NCBI GenBank assembly: GCA_903870015.1
Contig: CAIQBE010000042.1
Span: 27,443 to 91,442, forward strand
Reading direction: 5' to 3'
Source of the DNA: an uncultured Thiotrichales bacterium
GTDB lineage: Bacteria > Pseudomonadota > Gammaproteobacteria > Francisellales > CACEW01
Length of the DNA stretch: 64,000 bases
Positions within the stretch are counted from its first letter, which is position 1. Each line of letters opens with the position of its first letter. This document shows, one piece after another, positions 57,279 to 64,000 of this stretch. The translations under genes and the position numbers were made by a program. The notes under the pieces were generated by a model. That model had not been told where the DNA came from. It was given only the letters and a program-made list of their open reading frames with translations, and did no database searches.

Positions 57279-60200
57279 GGTAGCTTCGTGTAAAAACTTA
57301 GCTTGTTCAGCAATACTATGCCGAGATAGTAGATCAGACATTTTTATGACATACCCAAGTTCGATTATTTTACTGAACAGCCTAATATAAAGCATAGAAT
57401 CTCCACCCAAATCAAAAAAACTATCTGTGGGCTGGATTTCATCGATCCCCAGTAGCTCATGCCATATATCCATTAATTTCGCCTGAATCTCTACGTGATT
57501 GGCACTGACTATAGATTGGCTTGGCAATAATACCTCAGAAAGTACCGGTTGATCGACTAAAGATGAAATAGCTACGTCAGCATCTGCCTCTATGACCTGA
57601 TTAATATCTAACAACATCGGTACAAAATTTTCTTGTCGACTCACACAACAAAGAAACTGTTCAGGTCGCCCAGGGTGAAGCACCATAAAAGCCTGTAAAC
57701 CCATTTTTTGTATTTCATCATGTAGCACCGTGAGATCGCCCCCCTCCTCCATGCTATAGAGCCGTGTATTTGTCAGACCGGTAATAATCAAACTGCCTTG
57801 GACAAAAGGAAGCTGCGACATAAGCCACTCCCTTAATTGACTTAATGAGCTCCATTGTGCCCCTTTAAATACAATAGGGGGCCCTCGATCCGCTTCAACC
57901 TTATTGGCTTTTGGCAATACATGCAAGGTTGCAGTATATCTAAAATCTCGTAACTCATTACTAAAATGCATTAGTTTCGGTTCAAAGAGTGGCACCAGAC
58001 TGAACGATGCTTTTTGAATAATTTGCATAATAAACCGAGGGCTCACAAACAATTCTTTTTCAAGCAAATGGTAATCATTTAATTGCTTGCAATCATTCAC
58101 GCCCTGCGCACATTTGGCTTGCCGTACATACTCATAAAAACAACCTTGCCAGTCTGCGTGCCGCAAGTCACCCAAAATAATTCGCCCTCCCTGAGGGTTC
58201 AGCAAAGCAATTGCTTGCTCCAATACTAATTCAAAATATTCAAGACTCGGAAAATATTGCACCACAGAATTCAGTATAATAGTGTCAAATGTCCCGGGTA
58301 GAATATTAAGTTCATCTGCGGCTAATACCTTAAACTGCGTGTCTTTATCTTGATACGTCGAGGCCAGTTTTTCGATCACCGCTGCTGAAAGATCAACTCC
58401 TAAATATTGGATATATTTTTTTTCCAAGGCCTTCATCACCTGACCTGTACCGCAACCAACTTCAAGCACACGCCCCAATGGCTCCCTTTTTATTTTTGCA
58501 GCAATATCATGCAGCCAATCCTGCATGACCTCAGATGAAAATGGGTGACCATCTACACTATTATTCCACCCCAACCAGGGCTGCATATTCAGATCTGAAA
58601 CCCCATGATATAAATCATCATAAATTGCGCTCCAGTACGCCAGAACTCCTTCATTTTTTTGATTTTGAGCTGAGCTTAGAGACAACAAGACCCTTTCAAA
58701 TGCATTGACAAGCCCAGAGGCATTTTCCCTAGAAAATACGTCCTGAGAGAAAATAAATGTTAAATCTGCCTCATCCTCTGACCACGCTACCTGCAGTTCT
58801 AGATCAAAACGAGCCATTCCATAATCAAGCTGCACCGCCTGAAAGCCCCTCCCATCTTCTGCCCCCCGATCAAAGGCATTAAATACAAACTGTGACAGCG
58901 GCTGAGCATCGGTTAAAAGAGTTGCCCCTACTGCTGATGCAATCTTTGCGAAAGGGATATCACGATACTCCAAGATCATAGTGCTTTTTCTTTTGATTTC
59001 GGCAATCCAATGTTCGGGACTCCACCTATCTGTTTTATGGCGTTGTAGTGCCAGCACTCCAAAATTAATAAATAGTCCTATACAATCCTGCTCTTCTTCT
59101 CCACGCAAAGAAATGGGCAATGCAATTTGCAAATGATCTTCATTGATAAAAGCAAAAAGCACTTTTGCAAAGGCGGCAAGCAAAACTGTATTTGCTGTTG
59201 CAGAAGACTGGGCAGCAAGCTTTTTGAGCGCTACCAATAAGTCTTTATTTAAATGCAATCTTTGCTGAAACCCCTTAAAGGAACGCACCAATGGGGGTTG
59301 TAACGATGAGCGCAAAGTATTTTTTAAACGCTGCAACCCCATTACCTCAATATAATTTTTAACACTTTTCGGATCCACCTCATCATCTACTGCATTTTTT
59401 ACATATTCGAGATAGCTCTTAGGAGCCGATGGAAGTACTCCATGTCTCAACCAATGCTTGAGACGACTTAATAAATTGAGCAAACTGCGCCCATCTGTAA
59501 TAATATGATGCAATACAAGCTGCACATACAGCGAATCAGAAAACGAATGAACTACTACCCTTAGCAAAGGAGGCTCTGTTAAATTGAAAGGAGGGTCAAT
59601 AAACTCTCTCAGGGCACCTAAGAATAAGGCATCATTTGCAATATTTTCCGGCGCCGAATGAGCATATTTTTTTAGCTGAACATGAGGCATTTCCGCCCCC
59701 ACTTTCTGCACAACGCCATGGTTTTCTTCAAAAAACCCAATCCTGAAAAAAGGCTCATTTTTCAGAATTAAATCTAATCCCTGAACCACACTCTCATCAG
59801 AGGTCGGCCATAAAACCTGATATAAAAATGCATCATGATAACATACCGCCTCTGGGAAAAACCGGCTAAATACCCAAATCCCCTTTTGCATGGCAGACAG
59901 AGGAAGGGGCTCTTTATCTAAATTTATCTGCTGCGTAGACTCAACTTCTGGTCGCTCGGTAATAGCTTTTTCTCGAATAATATGTAGCAAATCATCAAAC
60001 CACGGCTGATTTAAAAACTGGGTCAAGGATACTTTAACCCCCAATACCTCATTAACTTTACTGAGCAATTCAATTGCTCGCAAAGAGTGCCCACCATTTT
60101 CAAAAAACGACAAACTCAAATCGATTTGCTCACGCCGTAGAACCTTACACCATATTAATAAAATTTTTTGCACCAAAGGATCTCCTTGATCTGGTTGATG

Positions 60201-63200
60201 CAATGTCATTACTGGGGAGGTGCTTTCCTTATACAATAGCTTCAGCGCCTGAAAATCAATTTTGCCATTCGCCGTCAGCGGCATTTCATTCAGAAAAATA
60301 AAGTGGCTAGGGAGCATCACCGGGGGTAACTCTTTACTCAAAATATGGCGTAGCTCATTAAGATCACAAGATTCTCGACAAAACTCCTGCGGAATCATTG
60401 CCTGTAATTGCGCAATTTGTTCTACTCCCTCTAAAATATTGGCTTCGGGCATGCCAAAATCAATCAGCGAGGCAATTTCGGTAACCCCCGCTTCTTGTAA
60501 CTTTACTGCAAATTCCGCACACTGCTGGGGTGTACCGATTAAACACTTCTGCTCAATAAAGCGCTCTACTAAATTTTCAAAATAGGCTTCTGACAATGTA
60601 TTTCCAATATCTGAACTTGCTTCATTTTGTATTTTTGTTAAAAGACGCATATGGGCGCGAAAATACTCTTGCAATGGCTTTTTTACCTCTTCACGAGCCA
60701 CGCCTGACTCAGGATGAATATACGTATGCACCATCAATGTTACATGCTTTTGCAAAGGATCAAATCCATGCTCAGTCAAGTTTTGGCGATATACCCGTAG
60801 TTTTTTCGCTAGAGCATCCAAATCCTGAATCAAAAGATGCGTTAAAATATTTAAGCCTAAACGCCCGGCCTCTGCGAACACCTCTACATCATCAGCAACG
60901 GTGAGCCACAAGGGGCACCCTGCTTGGGTTGGCCTCGGATACACTGAGAGTGAACGCAGTTCATCTGCCCCGTTTTTACCCTCATACACCCCATGAGCCC
61001 AGATATTTTTAAGTATTTTTAACTTTTCAAACATCACTTGCTTTCTGTCTTGATATTGCTCTGGGGCAAAAATAAAATCATTTGGATGCCAACCTGATGC
61101 AATAGATAGACGCACTCGTCCATTATAGAGGCAATCTAATGTCGCCCATTGCTCTGCAACGATAACGGGATGATGTAAAGGCAAAACCACACTTCCCGCA
61201 CCTAAAACCAGATTTTCTGTTATTGCCGCCAATGCCGCAGTTACGACTGCAGGCGTAGAAAAAACAGCACCCATTGGATCAAAATGACGCTCTGGTGTCC
61301 ACATGCCATACAGACCCGCTTGATCGGCTTTCTTCGCCAACAACTTATAAAAATCAAAGTTATTTTTTTGTGGGGCTTCAACTTCTGGAAAGCAAAAAAG
61401 ACTCATTCGCATTGAATGTGCTTTTTTCTTTTTAACCTGCAAGTATGCTACCAAACTTTGTGAGTCACTTGGAGCAGTCATCACCACAGCACTTTCAACA
61501 AGTCCTGTTGCACAAAGTACATTTTCAATCTCAACAGGATCTAGACGCTGCCCTCTTAACTTTAACTGCCGATCCTGCCGCCCTACAAAATAAATACGTC
61601 CTTCTGGACTAATCCATGCCTTGTCACCAGTTTTATAGACTCTAACTGTTTTATCGGATGAAATCGCTAGGCTGACAAAAGATTGTGTGGTTTGGATAGA
61701 ATCTAAATAACCCTCTGCTAGCGCCGCACCTCCAATACAAAGTTCGCCCTTCACACCATGAGGCAAAATCTGGTTGAACTGATTGACCACAACACAAAAG
61801 CAATTGGCGAGTGGGCGCCCAACATGAATAGGCTCATTGAAATTAAGCTGTGCTAGAGTAGCCCAAATCGTTGCCTCTGTTGGTCCATATAGATTTATCA
61901 CTTTCTTTTGCCTAGCTGATAGGCGTTGAAATAACTCTAAAGGCAGCGCCTCACCTCCTACCAATAAAATACGGAAAGAACTAAGCGGCAAGCCTTCATC
62001 CAAAAATAACTTCCAACGTGAAGGAGTCGTTTGCAAAAAAGTAGGTTGATGCTTGTGCACAAGCGCTTGCAGGCGCATAAAATCAGCAATGACTGCATCA
62101 CTTGGAAGCAAAAGCGTGCTGCCAGCACAAAGAGGCGCAAGCACTTCTAACAATAAAATATCAAAAGTTGTCTGCGTTACCGACAACCAAATATCATCGC
62201 TACAAACTTTCAGTTCATCAGACAGAGCAGTAATATTATTATTCAGTGCTGAGCGAGGGACTGCGACACCCTTTCCCTGCCCAGTACTCCCAGAAGTAAA
62301 GAGAATATAAGCAATAGAGCCTGGAAGATGATCATTATTGATAAAGCTAACGCCTTGACTGCTTGCAAAAATCTCAGGATAAACATGAAAACGTACGCCA
62401 CTAATCGGATTAATGTGGTCCTGCGCCAATAAGATGTCATGACAATCTGCCTCATGCAATCTTTTGTGCAAGCGTATATCCGGCCAGTCAAGCCCCAATG
62501 GCATGAATGGAATCCCTGCGGTCAAACAAGCCAAAATTGTGACAACCCATGCACCCCCCCGAGGCAGAAAAACCCCTAGAGCAGTGTGGATATTTTGGCT
62601 TTTTAAATATATAGCAAGGTTTTGAACTTGCTCTGATAATTGCTGATACGTCCACTCTTGCGCATCAGTGATACAAGCCAATCTTTGTGGATTTTTTTGA
62701 ACTTGTCTCTGAAAACAGCTTATTATATCTAGCGGTTGCGGAGTGCTTTTCCCATAAATAATTGCCCAACTCTGCTCGTTCTCTAAATTAAAAAGTCTAA
62801 AATCTTTCAATAGTCGATGAGGATTATTTAGCGCCTGTTCGATGATAGAATGATAAGCAGATACGATAAGAGGCCATATTTCTGTAGGCAGCTCCGTAGG
62901 GCGAAACTTTAAACATAACTCCATTTTAATAGGATCAAATTGTATCGTGAGTGGAAAATCCGTAATTTGATCATAATCTACTTGCACTAATGCTGGCACC
63001 CCAAAAAAATCTGGCCTCCGAAAACTCAACGCGGTAAATACAGAGTCAAAATACCCTGCAATATTCATACCACTTGACTGAGTAATTTCAAGCAAACTAC
63101 TGATATCATGTTTCATCAAACTTTGAATGTTTTGCTTAATCTGCCTCATCCAATCTGCAAAAGAGCGCTCAGGATCTACTGTAACAATAAGAGGTAATGT

Positions 63201-64000
63201 ATTAATAAAACAACCTGTTGCGTTATTCCATTCTATCGGTAGCTTATTTTTACCAGAATAAACCAAACCCGATACAACCGTAGTTTGATTTAACCATGAG
63301 GCAAGGAGCAAACTCCAACAACCCTGAAGCAATGCAGTCGCAGATACCTTGTAAGTTTTAGAAAACTCTTGTATCTGTGCGCACTCAAGCTCACTCATCT
63401 GAATAAAAAAGGATTGGGACACCCCGTCTTGTAGTTCAGATCCCGTGATTAGCGAGGCCTCTTCCAGACCGATTAATTGCTGCCTCCAAAAAGCCTGATG
63501 CTCTTTCATATCGTAATCAACACGAAAATTTAGAAACTCAGCAATTGACTGCTGCGAAGTCATAGATGCTTTCTGCTGTTGTTCAATTTCGTGATAAATT
63601 TGATGCAATCGATTCACCACGGGAGTTAAACTTCCCGCATCAAACAAGAGATGGCTGTAGAAGAAATGAATTTTGTCCTGCTCATTAGGCAAATGAAAAT
63701 GTTCGATATATAAAGCTCTTGGCTGAAAAGGATTCAAGCCTTGATTCATGACCCGCTCTTTTCTAGCGATTAACCATAAGTCAATTTGACTTTTCTCATA
63801 CCTAGACCAATCAAAATAGGCAAAAGGAACCGTAAACGGCTGATGTAGCATGACACTAATCGACTCAGCTGAATCAATTTTTTTGAAAGACTGCCGTAAT
63901 ACATCAAACTCACTAACGAGCTGCTGACAAGCACGCTCTAAAATAATGCGATTTAAACTTTGCTGATAATGCAAAGTAATTGCAATTGTGTAAGTGCCTC
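57267..64000 (-). CDS. nonribosomal peptide synthetase, 5'-truncated by the window: (C)-A[LLM monooxygenase insert]-T-C-MT-x-T
   Basis: The frame stays open to base 64000 (GTYTIAIT precedes the listed start).
- A domain motifs: LFTSGSTGQGKGV, NLYGPTE, YKTGD, GRQDRQLKLRGQRLDPVEIE, NGKID.
- LLM domain: MSLFCFPE...WTPERHF...GSVVLPLHHP...SIASGWHPNDF.
- T1: GGHSL.
- C2: HHIITDGRS.
- MT: VLEVGCGTG.
- T2: GGDSM. Confidence 0.9.
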   Translation of the reverse strand, partial: GTYTIAITLHYQQSLNRIILERACQQLVSEFDVLRQSFKKIDSAESISVMLHQPFTVPFAYFDWSRYEKSQIDLWLIARKERVMNQGLNPFQPRALYIEHFHLPNEQDKIHFFYSHLLFDAGSLTPVVNRLHQIYHEIEQQQKASMTSQQSIAEFLNFRVDYDMKEHQAFWRQQLIGLEEASLITGSELQDGVSQSFFIQMSELECAQIQEFSKTYKVSATALLQGCWSLLLASWLNQTTVVSGLVYSGKNKLPIEWNNATGCFINTLPLIVTVDPERSFADWMRQIKQNIQSLMKHDISSLLEITQSSGMNIAGYFDSVFTALSFRRPDFFGVPALVQVDYDQITDFPLTIQFDPIKMELCLKFRPTELPTEIWPLIVSAYHSIIEQALNNPHRLLKDFRLFNLENEQSWAIIYGKSTPQPLDIISCFQRQVQKNPQRLACITDAQEWTYQQLSEQVQNLAIYLKSQNIHTALGVFLPRGGAWVVTILACLTAGIPFMPLGLDWPDIRLHKRLHEADCHDILLAQDHINPISGVRFHVYPEIFASSQGVSFINNDHLPGSIAYILFTSGSTGQGKGVAVPRSALNNNITALSDELKVCSDDIWLSVTQTTFDILLLEVLAPLCAGSTLLLPSDAVIADFMRLQALVHKHQPTFLQTTPSRWKLFLDEGLPLSSFRILLVGGEALPLELFQRLSARQKKVINLYGPTEATIWATLAQLNFNEPIHVGRPLANCFCVVVNQFNQILPHGVKGELCIGGAALAEGYLDSIQTTQSFVSLAISSDKTVRVYKTGDKAWISPEGRIYFVGRQDRQLKLRGQRLDPVEIENVLCATGLVESAVVMTAPSDSQSLVAYLQVKKKKAHSMRMSLFCFPEVEAPQKNNFDFYKLLAKKADQAGLYGMWTPERHFDPMGAVFSTPAVVTAALAAITENLVLGAGSVVLPLHHPVIVAEQWATLDCLYNGRVRLSIASGWHPNDFIFAPEQYQDRKQVMFEKLKILKNIWAHGVYEGKNGADELRSLSVYPRPTQAGCPLWLTVADDVEVFAEAGRLGLNILTHLLIQDLDALAKKLRVYRQNLTEHGFDPLQKHVTLMVHTYIHPESGVAREEVKKPLQEYFRAHMRLLTKIQNEASSDIGNTLSEAYFENLVERFIEQKCLIGTPQQCAEFAVKLQEAGVTEIASLIDFGMPEANILEGVEQIAQLQAMIPQEFCRESCDLNELRHILSKELPPVMLPSHFIFLNEMPLTANGKIDFQALKLLYKESTSPVMTLHQPDQGDPLVQKILLIWCKVLRREQIDLSLSFFENGGHSLRAIELLSKVNEVLGVKVSLTQFLNQPWFDDLLHIIREKAITERPEVESTQQINLDKEPLPLSAMQKGIWVFSRFFPEAVCYHDAFLYQVLWPTSDESVVQGLDLILKNEPFFRIGFFEENHGVVQKVGAEMPHVQLKKYAHSAPENIANDALFLGALREFIDPPFNLTEPPLLRVVVHSFSDSLYVQLVLHHIITDGRSLLNLLSRLKHWLRHGVLPSAPKSYLEYVKNAVDDEVDPKSVKNYIEVMGLQRLKNTLRSSLQPPLVRSFKGFQQRLHLNKDLLVALKKLAAQSSATANTVLLAAFAKVLFAFINEDHLQIALPISLRGEEEQDCIGLFINFGVLALQRHKTDRWSPEHWIAEIKRKSTMILEYRDIPFAKIASAVGATLLTDAQPLSQFVFNAFDRGAEDGRGFQAVQLDYGMARFDLELQVAWSEDEADLTFIFSQDVFSRENASGLVNAFERVLLSLSSAQNQKNEGVLAYWSAIYDDLYHGVSDLNMQPWLGWNNSVDGHPFSSEVMQDWLHDIAAKIKREPLGRVLEVGCGTGQVMKALEKKYIQYLGVDLSAAVIEKLASTYQDKDTQFKVLAADELNILPGTFDTIILNSVVQYFPSLEYFELVLEQAIALLNPQGGRIILGDLRHADWQGCFYEYVRQAKCAQGVNDCKQLNDYHLLEKELFVSPRFIMQIIQKASFSLVPLFEPKLMHFSNELRDFRYTATLHVLPKANKVEADRGPPIVFKGAQWSSLSQLREWLMSQLPFVQGSLIITGLTNTRLYSMEEGGDLTVLHDEIQKMGLQAFMVLHPGRPEQFLCCVSRQENFVPMLLDINQVIEADADVAISSLVDQPVLSEVLLPSQSIVSANHVEIQAKLMDIWHELLGIDEIQPTDSFFDLGGDSMLYIRLFSKIIELGYVIKMSDLLSRHSIAEQAKFLHEATLGR

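Noticed and set aside
1-64000. Search for mobile elements, prophage, tRNA/rRNA genes and integration sites that would delimit the accessory patches.
   Set aside because: I recognised no transposase, integrase, phage structural genes, tRNA-like T-arms or long terminal repeats by eye. Absence cannot be proven without tRNAscan or ISfinder-type searches.

Overview
This 64-kb window looks like a gammaproteobacterial chromosome. The Legionellales-like impression is inference from gene content only. I saw no rRNA, tRNA, CRISPR array, transposase or integrase.

Conserved housekeeping blocks:
- metG plus a small ferredoxin.
- ruvB-ybgC-tolQRAB-pal-cpoB.
- recJ, dnaG, and dprA-topA.

Accessory content between these blocks:
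- A LysR-linked DabB/DabA inorganic-carbon pump.
- A Fic protein with a convergent small ORF that carries an SxxxEG inhibitory-type motif.
- An Aas-like acyl-ACP synthetase whose acyltransferase motifs are degenerate, followed by three tandem bacterial-PH (bPH_2-like) membrane paralogs.
- A MATE-like transporter interrupted by fourteen 18-bp tandem repeats.
- Two proteins sharing a C-terminal hydrophobic hairpin module; one also has intragenic 118-bp repeats and a G9/C9 tract.
- An orphan evolved VgrG spike (1181 aa) with a C-terminal membrane-helix extension and a tightly linked polytopic membrane protein.
- An armadillo-repeat-like protein, a higBA-like module and an isochorismatase-family pseudogene.
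- An eight-gene minus-strand operon: ACP, SDR, AMP-ligase, ACP, KAS III, unknown, P-loop ATPase, MFS exporter.
- A repressor-unknown-YhhQ unit with a second, convergent YhhQ paralog.
- The 3' 6.7 kb of an NRPS gene. Its Gly-coded adenylation domain is interrupted by a luciferase-like monooxygenase domain, and it ends in an A-less C-MT-T unit.

The strongest candidates for something new are the VgrG/membrane-protein pair, the ACP/KAS III operon, the NRPS architecture, the hairpin-protein family and the tandem bPH array. All functional calls rest on motif recognition by eye and on remembered family signatures. No database search was run.
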